Shown: positions 16,511 to 30,948, counted from the stretch's first letter. The stretch is DNA of 64,000 nucleotides from Massalongia carnosa (GCA_965645245.1 OZ287067.1:806001-870000), one strand, 5' to 3'. Made by a program: numbers and translations. Notes: generated by a model from the sequence alone, not told the origin.

Positions 16511-17447
16511 CTCGAACGAGTGGATGCGGTCTCACCCGCAAGGATTCCAAAAGGTGTAGGAATATTTTCACAAATTATCAGGTGTGGTATTCTTCTTGTC
16601 GTCTTGAAAAGGCATGTCTAAAAGTGCTCAACAACATACTGGGTTGACCATTAACCAACCTAATGTCCTTGGCTGCCAGCTTGCAGGCACCGCATTATCC
16701 TCATCCTCAAATCTGCGAATAGAGGGAAACAGAGATCAAGGATTCCGGTATCTTGGATTTTACTAGTAACTCCGTACTCCGTCCAGATACCGACTAGTTA
16801 CCAAGATCCCTGGATTTAGTGCCGGTAGAGGCTGAAGTCACACGATTTCCAAGTTTGGTTAATGGGCTTTCAACCCGCTTCGGTACTGATTCCCTTTGGC
16901 TCATTCCAAGATCTTAACCTATCTGGCTCTAGTATAACTAAGTTTAACGAGTGACCAGGGCGAGCTAGGTTCGCTTATGGCTAAACCTACAAATCTCTAT
17001 CGCCACGTGCAAGGTAAGTTCCGGCAAATCAACCTTGCCCTCAGCTCGCCCCTGATGCTACGCCATTAATTTGTACATGTCATCATCCCTCTCTATCACT
17101 TACAGCTGCAGAACGTCGCACGTGCAACAGCACTCGACCGTTGAATCCCTCTTGCTTCAGCCTGTTACGCTACACACAAAGCGCATCGGGCATTCATAGG
17201 CTGGAAGAACCGTGCAGCCGTTCCGAGGTCGGACAAAGTTTTCGCACGCCATCGATTGCGAATATTTCGGCAGCGGAAGAGAATGGTGTGATGTGTGGGC
17301 CGTTACAATGAGCCCCAAACGCATTCTAATCCAAATACTACCTAATGCCTGATTCTACTCAATTTCTTGTTCAATTGTTTCATCATGATGATGAGCGTAT
17401 GCTAACAGCGCCTTTGTGCCTTGCAGAAGCTCATTTCTAACGCTAAG

Positions 17448-19614
17448 ATGGACGAGGTGGACGAACACTGGGGGATGCCGAGCAAGAGACGACGTATTTC
17501 TTTTGCCGGGGAGGGCATCGCTACAACACACGCCTACAGTCACTCGATAATGGGTACTGCAAAGGTTCAAGATGTTACTTCCACACCTGTACAGGAATTC
17601 GATGCCGACAGCAAGCCCGAGAAAACTTCCAAGAAATCACTGTTGGCGAGCAACAGCCTAGCAGGACAGAGCGTCGCTCCGTTCTTAGCAAGACATATTC
17701 CAGATCAATACGCACCGATGGGGGGAATCGACAAGCTGAAAGATTATCAAGCAAGCAAGAATCCAAACACAAAGTATTGCTACCGCCACCGACCAGACCT
17801 AAAGTGTCGCAGGCAGGCTAACGAGCCGTCCATGGACCAGCTGCAACAGGTAAGCTGTGGTGACCATGAGCATTGGGGCTACTAACTAAAAACGCTAGGA
17901 AATCGAAGCCCTTCCACAAGACGACCAACAAGGAATTGCCCATGTCTGGTCGCTTTTCTCCGCCGCACCTGCCAAGCATCGCACCCTCATGCTCCAGGGG
18001 ATTCTCACCCAATGCTGCTTTCCCCAATTATCCTATATCTCTTCGAGTGTTTCTGATCTGATCCGCATCGACTTCGTCAGTGCTTTACCTGCGGAAATAT
18101 CCTTCCGAATACTATGCTTCCTAGACACAACCTCATTGTGTAAAGCGGCGCAAGTCAGCCAGAGATGGAGAATACTTGCGGACGATGATGTCGTCTGGCA
18201 TAGGATGTGTGAGCAGCATATCGACAGGAAATGTAGCAGATGTGGCTGGGGTTTGCCATTGCTGGAAAGGAAGCGGCTTAGAGCTACAAAGAGGCAGATC
18301 CAGCTACGGGCTACAGGTCAGGGATTGAATTTGTGGTCACCTAATATTACACCGTTCCCAGAGACAGCCTTAGAAGCCTCTACTCACAGTGTGAACGATA
18401 ATGCGGACGGTTCAACAGCGGTGTCGGTCCCAGCCAAGGAGCATGCACCTCCTACTCCAAGTGATCTTGCTACAGCAATTGAATCTATCAACAGTCCACA
18501 CCTGGAAGTGGCAAAGAAGACCAGTTTCGAGGGACCAGACCCTTTGAGCCGCTTCCGACCTTGGAAAGATGTTTACAAGGATCGCTTCAAGGTGGGGACC
18601 AATTGGAAGTACGGTCGATGCTCAACCAAAATCTTCAAGGGTCATTCTAACGGCATTATGTGCCTTCAGTTCACCGAAAATATACTGGCTACTGGATCCT
18701 ACGATACCACCATCAAGATTTGGGACATTGAGACCGGTGAAGAAATACGCACACTTGAAGGTCATGAAAGCGGCATACGCTGTCTTCACTTTGACGATAC
18801 CAAACTGATTAGCGGCAGCATCGATAGAAACATAAAAATCTGGAACTGGCGTACTGGCGAATGTATCTCGACTTTATCTGGCCATCTCGGCGGAATCATA
18901 AGCCTACATTTTGATTCCACCATCCTTGCCTCCGGGTCTATGGATAAGACGGTTAGGATCTGGAATTTTAACGATAAGTCTACCGTCTCCCTTCGAGGTC
19001 ATACTGATTGGGTAAACGCCGTCCAACTCGATTCGGCTTCTCGCACCGTCTTCTCCGCCTCCGATGATTGCACCGTTCGCCTCTGGGACCTGGATTCTAA
19101 AATATGCATCAAGACCTTTGAAGGCCATGTGGGACTTGTTCAACAAGTGCTCCCGCTCCCTCGTGAGTTTGATCTTGACGACTTAGATCTTGAGATTCAT
19201 GATGGCACTTCCTCTACTCCGAGCTCTCATTCACCACCTATAAGCATACCAACGAACGATTTCGTTCCCCACGAAGCCTATGGGCCTGGGTTCGCCCTTT
19301 CCGACCGTTCACTCCCTCCGCGCTATATGCTTACCGGTGCCCTTGATTCAACAATCCGATTATGGGACACGGCAACTAAGGCGTGTCTACATACTTATTT
19401 CGGCCATGTGGAAGGTATCTGGGCGCTTGCGGCTGACACCCTGCGTGTTGTGAGCGGGGCGGAGGATCGCATGGTGAAGGTATGGGACACGAGGAGCGGC
19501 AAATGCGAAAGAACTTTTACTGGGCATGCAGGCCCAGTTACTTGCATCGGTCTTAGCGACAACCGGATGTGTACAGGGAGTGAGGATTGTGAAGTAAGGC
19601 TGTACACCTTTTAG
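17448..19614 (+). CDS. sconB: F-box/WD40 sulfur controller SconB/SCON-2/Met30
   Basis: [21 protein letters not shown]-box ([25 protein letters not shown]), [18 protein letters not shown] and WD40 repeats; intron 17850-17898. Confidence 0.95.
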
Positions 19615-20148
19615 CGAGCAAGGGTTAAGAGTCGACATCCGGTAGGGGAATTTGAGATGGCATCAACGCAAGGTTGTAGAGCATGGGGATGGAAATCTTC
19701 ACTTCATTTGATCTGAGGACGATCAGGAAATTTTTTCGGGTTCAGGCGTGATAGATACCCCTTCATCCAATAGTATTTTTCCTCTGATGAGCAGGACACG
19801 AGAGCGCCCTACCACACGTTTTATGTCACATAGCTCCAGCTCTGGCTGATGCTTATTTTCATAGTTACCGCCTGCCGATATAACCTGTCTTTTAAACATC
19901 CGACTGAACTGGTAGGCTGAGTCATCATTTGCTGGAATGGCAGAGTAGTGGAAGCCTGATACGGCAAATGCTCGAGTGAATTGAGAAAAATATTTTGGAT
20001 AGCAAAGCTAACATGGATTAGTAAAGAGCTAGTCTCAAAAGAGAGTGTGCTCTTTCCATTCCGAGCAATGATACTGAACCCTTTCGAAAGTAACCCTTTG
20101 GTAAGCTACTGCATAAACGATAATTCGCTCGCCTGAGACGCGAATGTC

Positions 20149-22342
20149 ATGTCTCGTGAGCAAGACGACGAGAACGGTAACGTCCTAAAGAAGCATGCGC
20201 CCGGGGTCAACGCCGACGCGACGTCCTTATCTCCTTCGGCTGCCAGAACAGACGTCATCTCTCCTTCGCGACAATTCGAGTTTATACATCTCTCCGATGG
20301 CGCTCATATCACGTATGCAGGAGCACAACGAGTCCGAAGTCATGCGATGCGTGACTTTCGGCGCCGCCAGGGTCTACCTACTATGTTGGAAGGCCAAGGC
20401 ATGAGCCAAGGGTCAAAACGGGAAACAAAAAGAGCAGCTAAAGCACCTCTGGAAGTCCATCGGCCTCGCGACGATTTGAATAAAGAAGGCGAGCGAGGAA
20501 TCGCGACGGAGGATTCAACTCAAGGCCCTTTACAACCCTCAAGAGAAACCCTTGGGGGTTTTCAAGAACCTGAGGGTTTCTCGCCTAAAAGCATCGGTGA
20601 GACCGACAAGCTTCCTTTCAGGAAACGACAAGTCTTGTCTCCTAAAAAATATCGAAAGAACAAAGAGCTGGCAACTACGGTTGACAGCATCTTGCCTGCA
20701 GGTGAGACACAGCAACCACTCGGGAGAAAAAAGACTAGGCTTCAAGGGAGAAGTCTTAGCGTGATCCCTAACCATGATGGACTGGACCAGTCAGAATACC
20801 AGTTGGGACTCGAAGCCAGAAATAGAAAGCGTTCAAGTGATGCTATGGTACTGTCGCTCGCAGCTGGGTTAATTGAGCCTTTTAACGTTCTCCCGGCTAC
20901 TAGCACTCGCCGTGTGCACATCTTGATAGATCACTGTAAGATGGCCAGGTTCAAGAGTTTCTCCGTCTTTGATTTGTGCCCATGGCCTATTCATTTTCTT
21001 TTTGCAAAAGCGCACAGCATGTACTAACCGTCGCATGTCTTGATCAGACTTACAAGTACACCTTCGCCCTACCAGTTCCAGATTTCCTCACAAAAAATGG
21101 GTCAATGAAGCGTTTCTCCACCCAGATTTGTTCCGGGTGACTATTCTTCATTGTGCGACCAGCTATGCCTCGCTTTATGGACTTCCTCATTACGCCGAAT
21201 GCTCTCATCTCGCAGGCGACATTATGCGAGCGGTGAACGCCAAGCTCAGTGATCCAGAAAAAGCAACTACCGATGCCAGCATTGCGGAAGTGGCGTGTTT
21301 AGTCTGCTACGAGGTTAGATTCCCTTCTTTTACGACCCGCACTCAGGGGTAAAGGGAACTGGCTGATTTGTTGTGGCCGTTTAGAATACCTTGGGTAATG
21401 TGCCAGCCTCGAAAATTCATTTGGACGGCTTGCAGCGCATGGTAGAGCTTCGTGGTGGTCTTGGGGCTTTTCCTGGCAAAGATATCCTACTGAGATTGAT
21501 ACTATGGTAAGAACTTGTCTCGGCTATTGTTTCCCAGAAACAGTACTAGCAGTTAAGTCTTGGACCTTAGGGCTGATCAATGGCATGCGATGCTTGCTCT
21601 TTCGAAACCTCGTTTTCCGATTATTCAAGTAACGGAGAACCTCTTTCCAATGGGTTGTTTTTCGGCAGCGTCACCATCCGTTGAACCAACCCGGGCCGAC
21701 GACGACCTAGGAAGCTGTTTAGTTTTTCCAAACCTGAGTAATCACCAAAGAGACATCAACAGATTCTTTCAAGGACTGCAAGTTGTCTCCCATGAAGTCG
21801 ATTCAGCTTCCACATTAGACACAACGCCCAAGGATACAAAGTTCGTCCACCAAAAAATTTCCATTATTGAGTACCGATTGCTACTCTTCTTGATCGCCAA
21901 CGATCTGCCACACATTCCCGCCTTCGACAGATTCATCCTCCGATCCAGCATCTTCGCCGCTTTCATCTACATCTATTCCGCTCTACGCGAGCCGCTTCTT
22001 GAATCCCCCTTCTTTAACACATTGGTCCAGCGCTTGCGAGCCGCCGTAGATCATCGGGGCTTTCTCCCCGCATGGTCCCACATCAACCCGACCATGTTGC
22101 TGTGGGTGCTAGCCGTGGGCGCCACGGCGGCGAAAGGACGTCTAGACCGGCCGTGGTTCGTCGCGCGGCTGGCGACGGGCGTGTTTGCGATTCTGGAGAT
22201 TCACGCCCTGGACCAGTTGAGGGGGGCCCTGAAGCGCATCATGTGGATCGGTAGCGCTCTCGATGCGGGCCTGCCGGCTTTGTGGTTGGAGCTGGAATCG
22301 AAGCGCAGGGAAGCGAACATCGTCGAGTGGAACCAAGGGTAG
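20149..22342 (+). CDS. Fungal-specific transcription-factor-like protein without a Zn2Cys6 cluster (multi-exon)
   Basis: FEFIH..RVRSHAMRDFRRRQ N-terminal motif, IEPFNVLP, HLDGLQRMVELRGGL exon (about 21420-21460) and LLWVLAVG..RPWF C-terminus; GT-AG introns between the ORF pieces. Confidence 0.7.
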
Positions 22343-23685
22343 GTAGGTACATAGGGCGATCGGTGCTGATAGCATAGTTTCATATGTCTGGCAGACTTAG
22401 CCGTTGACTCCTCTGTCTGCACCAACCACTCTCGTCTCCTTTGCTTTCTTGCCTACTTTTTTTTCCATGGCTTGCCGGGGGGATGCGCTGCAGTCGGATG
22501 TTGTGAGCAAAACTTTAGCGACAACTAGCACTAGCAGGGTTTTATTCAAGAAGTATAGGTCTTCTAGATTTTGGTTTTCGTCTTCAATGAATATATATAT
22601 TTTTGGGGAGTTGGGTTGAAATTTGGCCTATAGCTTCGCGTTTTCGGGTCTCTTGGAGTACTTAGCGTTAAACCGTGAATTCCTGACGACTCACCCCTTA
22701 TCCAAGGATTATCTTGTTGATCATCTAGATTATTTATTAAATGAGATTGAGACGGTCGCATGTTGAGACTGATCTCCATTTTATATTAAGGTACATATCT
22801 CTCTCACTCTCTCTGTTTGTTTTATGCCTTGGCCTGTTCCTGGTTCCTATCGTCTATTTCCGAGTCATAGTTCACTAACCTTTCATCAGGGGAACCGTAT
22901 AGGTATATAACTCGTGTCTTCCCCTACTCTAATTTAATTATGGCCTCTCTTTTTTCGTGATTGGTGATTGGCGAGTTGAAGTGTTCACGAAAGAGAAAAA
23001 GGGGGGGAAATAGACGGGAGGCGCAGATGCGGAAAGCGTAGTGGATTTTGATGTATTCATTTTAAAATCAAGGTTCATTATGACATAGAAATGCGTTGTT
23101 GATTTGATGGGGAAAATGAAAAGAAGAGGAATAAAAATTCGTATTTTCAATTTCCTACTCTTATGTATCCGATCTCAAAGAGAAGAGAGGAGTTACCGTT
23201 ACCCATCAACTCATCACAACCGAAAATAAACTCACCTAATGTATTATCGATAGATATAGTTTGGGAAAATGTTGATTTAAAGGAAGGTTTGAGGCGGGAG
23301 GTGGAGGAGGAGAAGAAGAAGGGGAAGAGATAGATAGGACTGAAAGGATTTGGGGGGGGATGGAAGGAGGAGGATAGGATAGAGAGGGTTGGGCGAGGAA
23401 GGATTAATGCTTGAAAAAGACAAAGTAAAATGGAAGGGGAATTAAGTACAATGTTGAAGAATAAAAATAACGTCCAGAAAAAGGGGCAGAGATACAAAAT
23501 CGGCGGGGCGAATACAAGCGGAAAAAGGACTGATTTTCCCAAGCTCCCGAGTTTGGACTATTTTTTCCTTTCATCTTGCGAGAAGATGATTGTAGGCATT
23601 TTTCAGGTGGATTCGGCTGCTTTTTGGGAAAAGGGGTGGTGGGCTTATTAGATACTTCGCGTCGATGCTAGCTTGGCGCATTCCC

Positions 23686-24861
23686 TCAATTTCCGCTCTT
23701 ATTCCATTCCCCGCCTCTCTTCTCCCCTTCACTTGCCCCCTTCACTTCCCCCTGTACCCCCTCCAGCATCCGACTCCTCCTCAGAACCCCCTCTCGCTCC
23801 CCGCCCGGATCGCCAAAAACGACCTCCCCCCTAGACAAGCCCTCATCTTCCATTTTGTCCAACCCATTTAACACCCCCAGGATATAACTCACCACGACGC
23901 CCACCCCCCTAAAATCCACCTCCTCGTCCCCCCCGAAAACATTCCGCCATACCGCTGTCGCTAGCACGGCATCCTCCCCCCTCGCAAGCCCCTCGTCATA
24001 CCCAGCCATCAGGCCACGCCACTGCACGAACAGGTCTTTCAGGTAGCGGTTGCGCACTGCGCGGGCGTGCACGCTGTGCAGGCGTACCATGCGGTCTTCG
24101 GCTAGGTAGAAGAAATGGTCGAGGAGGTGCTGGTGCCAGGTTGGGGCGTGAGTGGGGGGGAAGGCGCGCAGGCGTACGGTGAGAAGGTACATGTGTAGGA
24201 AGGTGATTTGGGCCCACGTGTTGAAGGTCGGGGTTAGACCAAGTTCTGTTTTGTTACGTTTAGCTAGGTTAGCCTGAGCTTAGGAGTTGATGTAAGAGGA
24301 ATGATGGCAACGGAAAGTGGGAAAGAAAGAAATGAAGGAAGGAACTGATAGCGTACCTTCATACCACCATCCCTTCCCCATGCCAAAGTCCTCCCCGTTT
24401 TTGGACTTGGGAATCTTGCCACCACCTTTCTCCTCGGCTTGCGGGATGGTGTAGTCGGCCTGGCGGGCGCATTCTTGCACCAAAATCTCGCATATTCCGT
24501 ACGCGACGTACGTTTCGGTGCTTGCGGACGCGCGTTTACGAACTTCGGCCGCAATTTTGAGCGCTGGGCTTACAGGGGGGTCTGGTTCGAAGAATTTCTC
24601 GGTTGAGGAGGCGGTTGCAGGTGGGTTTGGTGAAGGAGTGGGATTTACTTTTGGAACTGGTTGAGCAGATGAGAGCGAATGATGGAGGGAAAACGGTCGT
24701 GATGTGCGGTGATGGGGTTGTGGAGCTAATGGGAGGCGGGTTCGGTTTGTCTGTCGTTCGGGGCAGTGAAGGAGTTTGGGGGAAAGATGGATTGGTTGAT
24801 TCGAGCGCAACTGCTGTCTTAGGAGTCTAAGGCTTGCTGTACAGTGAGAACTGGAAGCCAT
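23686..24861 (-). CDS. CBP3: Ubiquinol-cytochrome c reductase assembly chaperone Cbp3
   Basis: Arg/Ser-rich presequence, TETYVAYG, WWYE|ELGLTPTFNTWAQITFLHMYLL, QWRG..YDEGL..DAVLATAVWRN; intron 24246-24356. Confidence 0.9.
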
Positions 24862-25095
24862 TATGGTATAAATGCATATCAAAGTACTCGGCAGCGGTAA
24901 GAACAGTCAAGAGTCAAGAGTCACGAACTGGAAGTTTCATGGAGCGCTGCCGTCATGACTTGCACTTTCTACTTAGGACGCTAGTCTGGTTCAAGCTTCA
25001 TCATCCTTCATCAACTTTCAAACCAACCTGTTTGGTATTTCTTTTCAATTGCCAGTCGAGTGTCCAAAAACTCATCTGATACTTATCATCAATTG

Positions 25096-26187
25096 TTACG
25101 GAGTCCTTGCTCTGTCTTCTTTGCTGTCAGATTCGCTGCTATCTAGACCGAGACGCTCTAGTGTCTTCTCCACCGAGCTGGTAGAATCATTGATGTCAGA
25201 GTTTATGCTATTAGAGTCTATGTTGTCCGATTTCTTGCTGACGGACTCGCTCATATCTAAAACTAGGCGCTCCAATGATTTTTTCATAATAGGTAAAAAC
25301 GCAACGAGGCTGTTTCCATCTCGCATGATCTCGGGTGCATCGTAAGGCCTTTTAGTGGTGACTTTCTAATATGCTAGTTAGCATGTGGTGAGACACCTTT
25401 CTGCAATTTTCATCGTACCTCTTTCAGCGACTTGTATGTGTCTTCCCTGAACAAATGTTCCCGTATCACTTCACCGGTTGCAAACTCGATAAAGATTCTG
25501 GTATCGTGTATCCTCAGCAAGACGTTGTCCAGCCGCATAAAATGACGAGATAGCAACAGCATCCGTTCTTCCATCACCCGGATTTTGATAGACAGCATTG
25601 TTTCACCATTATCGGCCATTTCGTCCGCGAACATAACGATCTCGTCGTAGTATAGGATCGGGTCTGGAAGTTTGAGAAGGTGCAGAGGGATTGGAGTTGT
25701 GGTGGGCTCGAACGCGGGGGATCCGTGGTAGAGCGATCCTTTGTAGTCTGTAGTGTATGTCCAGTCGAAGGGCTTCACGACTTCTGTGATGCCCTCATGC
25801 TTTCTTTCCCTGTCTCTTCTCAGCATGGATAAATCCACGATAGATATGAAGCACTTTATACCGCGTGCGTTGCCACTCTGCCGAATGCGCCACCTGGAGC
25901 ATCGACTCTCCGGTCTTGTCAACGCAATCTAGCGCAGCGGGCGTGTTGAAGTCGATTGACCATCCACTCGCCTCATGTATAATCAAAACCTCGTTGTCCC
26001 CAAATATCATCTCTGGAAGTGGAATTCCGAGCTCCGCAGATAGTTCGTCGATCTTCCCGGATTTGGAAATCGGCAGCTTCCGTAAGTAGATCGTGAAACC
26101 ATGGTGCGAAAATTCGTGGGTCCCCGTGCCAGGAGATATTTGAGGTCTGGCACTCGCAAGCAGATTTTTCGTATACGCCGCCGGCAT
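25096..26187 (-). CDS. TIP41: Type 2A phosphatase activator TIP41, 3 exons
   Basis: LGIPLPEMIFGDN, VVKPFDWTYTTDYKG, FADEMADNG..IKIRVM and RHFMRLDNVL; two GT-AG introns join the ORFs. Confidence 0.93.
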
Positions 26188-26646
26188 GATGATTAACGAT
26201 AGCTGGTGGTACTCATTGTTCTTTTCATAGTGGTTAGGTAGGGGTATATCGCTAGGTTGCAAAAAAAAATTGAGGAGATATGCTTTGTAGTTGTTGGAAG
26301 TGAGGTGATTAAGGTACTCTGTAAAATGAGCTTCCACTGTGCCTCGCAGCCGCGTTGAGCTTCTGTGCCTTTGTACGGAGTACCTTGTACCTTGTACTTA
26401 GATCTGACCTAACTTAGTGCCCGCAGCATAGTGGGCAGCATAAGTGGCTGACAAGTGGCTGACAACTTGACATGTAAACGGCAGATGCCGGTTGTCCGGC
26501 CAAAACTTATGGGGTAATATTGACGTGCTAACAGCATGAGATATGAATCGTGATCCATGGTCTTGCAGGCATAAGTAGCTGATCACATTCACCGACTACC
26601 GGACAGCGTCAAGAAGCACGCAAAAGCCTGAACTCCTTCTAGCATC

Positions 26647-27965
26647 ATGTCAATTAGAACTATCGAGTCTCGTCTTGAGGCTTTATCTGTGGCCGATGAG
26701 AACGACCCGTCAGACGGCGCAAATGGCTATAAACCCAAGGTATGTTCTAGCGATGTCCTTGTGGGTTAAGCTTCTCATATAGGATAGGGATCTATTTCTA
26801 CGGCCATGGCCATAACAGGGCTTGGTTCAAACACACGATTGACCTCGAGTTCAAGTCGCTCTAATCTGCTAAAGCTGGCCCTCCATAACAACAATGACGC
26901 TATCACAAAGACTACAACCGCACAGGACGGTACAGCTGGAGCACCTTCGTCGCAGAACACTTCTTTTTCAAGCAGATCCTCCAATGAGAGGATTATCGAG
27001 CAATTAATCAACCCGCCTTTGTATGACCAGCCTAAGCAAAGAAACTTTCATTTAGGCATGTTTGAGATTGGAAAACCTCTGGGCAAAGGAAAGTTTGGGC
27101 GTGTATACTTAGCGAAAGAGAGGGCCAACGGATTTGTGTGTGCGCTTAAGGTCCTTCACAAGAGCGAACTCCAACAAGGCAAGGTCGAAAAGCAAGTACG
27201 ACGAGAAATTGAGATCCACAGCAATTTACGCCATCCCAATATCCTTCGCTTCTATGGTCATTTCCACGACAGCAAAAGAGTTTTCCTCATCCTCGAGTAT
27301 GCCGCGAAAGGAGAGCTATACAAACATCTTCGCCGCGAAACCAAATTTCCAGAGTGGAAAGCAGCGCAGTATATTGCACAAATGGCCGCAGCTTTAACAT
27401 ATCTTCATAAGAAACATGTCATGCATCGAGACATTAAGCCTGAGAACATTTTGGTTGGAATGCACGGGGAAATCAAGATATCTGATTTTGGGTGGAGCGT
27501 ACATGCACCAAATAATAGAAGAAACACCATGTGTGGAACTTTGGACTACCTCCCGCCAGAGATGATAAAACCTGGCAGCCATGACAATTTCTACTCGGAG
27601 AAGGTGGATCTCTGGAGTCTGGGAGTGTTGACTTATGAGTTTTTGGTTGGAGAAGCACCGTTTGAAGACCAACCAACCATTACCCAAAGAAGGATCGCAA
27701 GGGGTGAGATGACAGTGCCAAGCTTCGTCAGCGCAGAGGCGAAGAACTTGATTCAACGAGTAAGCTTTCCATAACTGGTACCAAGACATGAGTCCTGACC
27801 CTGTGCTAGCTTCTCGTTTTGGATCCTGAGAAACGTATCTCGCTGGAGGATATCCAGAAGCATTCATGGATTGTCAAACATTGTGTCAAAGGAGAGAGAG
27901 GAACGCAGAGAAGCTTAGGTGCAAAGGATCCGAGGGGGCCAGCTGTAAATTCAGCACAGTCCTGA
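26647..27965 (+). CDS. IPL1: Aurora kinase (Ipl1/Ark1), 3 exons
   Basis: [55 protein letters not shown]; introns 26740-26787 and about 27760-27809. Confidence 0.96.
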
Positions 27966-28187
27966 TGTAGGTTCACTTTGCAGCCGCTTTGATGATGTTT
28001 TCTTGTTTATTAACGGCGTCTAAACTGGCGGAGTTTCAGGCGTTTCCTTAGCTCTCTATTCGATCCAGTACTGTATATTTCAAACTAAGTGGAGTGGGTA
28101 TCTTCGACATAAGGGAGCGTATAGGCAATGCTAAAGCCATAACTAAACGTCCTTTTCATGTTCACCAAATGGTGCTCGCAAGAAACG

Positions 28188-29029
28188 TTATCGATAAATC
28201 TCGTCAAAGGGCCTCGTATCCGGATAACAGCTATCCCAGACCTCGTTGACCATCTTCGCAGCGTGTACGTCGTCTTTGCAGTCAGGCCGTGCCATTACTG
28301 AAAGCGCTGCCCTTCGCCTCACGCATTCTTGGTGTTGTTGCATGACTTTAAAGTTGAACTTTTGGAAAAATTCCTCGGTCCATCTACACTCACCACTCAA
28401 GGATGATGCCCTGATCTCTGTACATGCCGCGTGTCGTAGATTATCTTTCCATTGCATCTTGAATCGTAGATGATCGTAAGCGTGGACCATTTCTAGCGTA
28501 GTCTCAGCACCTTTCTCACACCTCTCTCTCTCTCTCTCTCTCGCACTTATCGTTGACTAACCATGGGCCATTGTGTCCTCCACTTTGGAACGAGTTTGCA
28601 TGCGATTGGCGCATATCAGGATCCCAAAGTTGGGATCAAATCCTCCACCTTGCCACGTGTAGCACCGCCGGCAACGGATGTTGCCGGAGTGTACATCCCC
28701 TCCAAGTTGATTAATGTTTTGCCGAAGGAAACGGACTATAGGACCTGCAAAGCCAGACCGTTAGAGTAGATTGCAAGTGCGCAACGGATGCCCATGGAAG
28801 GAAATCGCTCACTATACTGCAGCAGCCAATCCCGATGTTTTTCGCATCGCTGGCAATCCTCCGCTTCAAACCGATCGTCGCGTTTTCTTATATACTCGGA
28901 TACGCCCTCGTCGGTTAGGCGCCCCAGGAGTAGGTTGAATGTGTTCCGCCATCTTGTGAAGCCGTCATCACCTGGAACATAGTCTACTTTGTGAGGGTCG
29001 GGCGCTTTCGCTGGCTCGGCATCCGCCAT
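28188..29029 (-). CDS. ATP23: Mitochondrial inner-membrane metalloprotease Atp23, 3 exons
   Basis: [30 protein letters not shown] split by an intron, [14 protein letters not shown] and [12 protein letters not shown]. Confidence 0.95.
28521..28542. repeat. (CT)n microsatellite in an ATP23 intron
   Basis: Directly visible. Confidence 0.8.
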
Positions 29030-29369
29030 TTAAAAAAGAAATTTCAAAGACCCCTACCGTATCTTTGTGTGTAGAGTTATTTATTGTACGCGAGGAAAAT
29101 AATCCTTGAAGCACACTTCAGAGACGGAACTCGGCGAACAGGGGCCATTTTCGCTTGGGAGCCGAAGATGCCCCTAAAATACGTATTTATCTGTTGATTT
29201 TTTTTCACCGCTACACATAATAAATCTAGGTCATGAGTTGGGATTCAGGAATCTTCCTTGCATGAATTGCGTTAGTCATGAGAAGCATGCCATTACAGGC
29301 ATCTTTCTGTGAAAGATAAAAGAATATGGGCATTCCGCTTTGGAGGTAGAGTAACTATTCAAGGTAAGC

Positions 29370-30948
29370 ATGAAGGCCACCAAGCGCCTCACCATTGTTA
29401 TAAAGCTGGGTACGTTTGATCTTCAGGTATATGAGAACGCTTGCTGATACTTGAAAATCTATCTAGGCAGCAGCTCGATTGTGGACGAAAAAACTCGAGA
29501 GCCCCTTTTGTCAATCGTCACTCTTATAGTGGAAACCGCAGTGAAGCTTCGCAAAGATGGTCATAGAGTAGTCATCGTCTCCTCCGGAGCCATAGCGGTT
29601 GGGCTCCGACGAATGGATGTGGAAAAGAAACCGAAGTACCTACCGAGAATACAGGTTTTGGCTCCCCCAGCTGTGTGGCTTCATAGTAACGAGCTGATCT
29701 GGTAGCAGGCATTGGCGGCCGTGGGACAATGCAGACTTATAGGACTCTGGGACAATCTTTTTGCCCACAATCGACAGCCTGTTGCACAAATACTTCTTAC
29801 GCGGAACGATATAGCAGATGTGAGAATAGAAGACAAGCTGCAATAACCAAGTCCCTTGCTGAAAGACAAACAGCGGACACAATACCTGAACGCCCAGAAT
29901 ACCTTTATGGAGCTTTTGAATATGAATGTTATTCCTATTGTCAACGAAAACGATACGTTGGCCGTGTCTGTAAGTAGATGATGCAGTCGTTGATGTTCTG
30001 AAATACTGAAGAAGGCAGGAAATTAAATTCGGCGATAACGACACCCTTTCAGCTATCACCGCCGGGATGGTTCAAGCCGACTACCTCTTCCTTATGACGG
30101 ACGTCGATTGCCTTTACGACAAGAACCCCCGAATTTATCCCACCGCCCAGCCGATCGAAGTCGTAGAAGACATCTCTGCCCTCGAAGCCGACGTCTCTAC
30201 CGCCGGCTCCACCATGGGCACCGGTGGGATGTCAACAAAAATCGTCGCGGCTCGCCTCGCTACCTCCGCCGGCGTAACGACAGTAATCACCCGCTCCTCC
30301 AACCCGGGAAATATTCTTAATATAGTCCAGTATAGCCAAGCTCTCAAGCAAGCTCAACCTGACTCCGAGGAAGACCTTCCTCTCGCCTCCTTGAAAATCG
30401 CGAATCTCCCAAAACCACCACTTCATACACGCTTTCTCCCGGACCCTCACCCAATTCGTGATCGTTCATTTTGGCTCCTTCACGGCCTTGCGGCCCATGG
30501 TACAGTCTACATTGACGAGGGCGCCCACCGAGCTCTCATCGCCAAGGCCGGCCTCCTCCCCGTCGGAGTCGTGGACGTAGTAGGCCATTTCGCGCAACAA
30601 GAAGCCGTTCGCCTAGTCGTCGTCCCCACATGCTCCTCCCAATTTACCCCTGTTCACTCCTCTCCTCCCTCCCCTCGCCCCCAAGCCCGCAACAATACCT
30701 CCCGACCATCAACTCCTCCAACTGGCGACGGGGGGGACAAGGTCAACCAGGCCCTCGTGGAAGTAGGCCGCGCGATCGTTAATTACTCCTCCGCGGAGAT
30801 CGTGCGGATCAAAGGATTACAGAGCACGGAGATCCTGGGCGTGTTGGGCTACGCGGATTCGGACTACGTGGCGCAGAGGGAGAATGTTAGCCTGGTAAAA
30901 AGGGAAAGGCCGAGTCGTCCTGTAACGCCGGGTGCGGGTGCTGCGTAG
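29370..30948 (+). CDS. PRO1: Glutamate 5-kinase with PUA domain, 5 exons
   Basis: [49 protein letters not shown] and a PUA-type C-terminus; four GT-AG introns. Confidence 0.96.

Noticed and set aside
22938..23651. Hydrophobic ORFs between the TF-like gene and CBP3
   Set aside because: Low-complexity purine-rich intergenic DNA with no recognisable motifs.
25795..25922. Frameshift between overlapping TIP41 ORFs
   Set aside because: A GT-AG intron (about 25810-25861) restores the frame.
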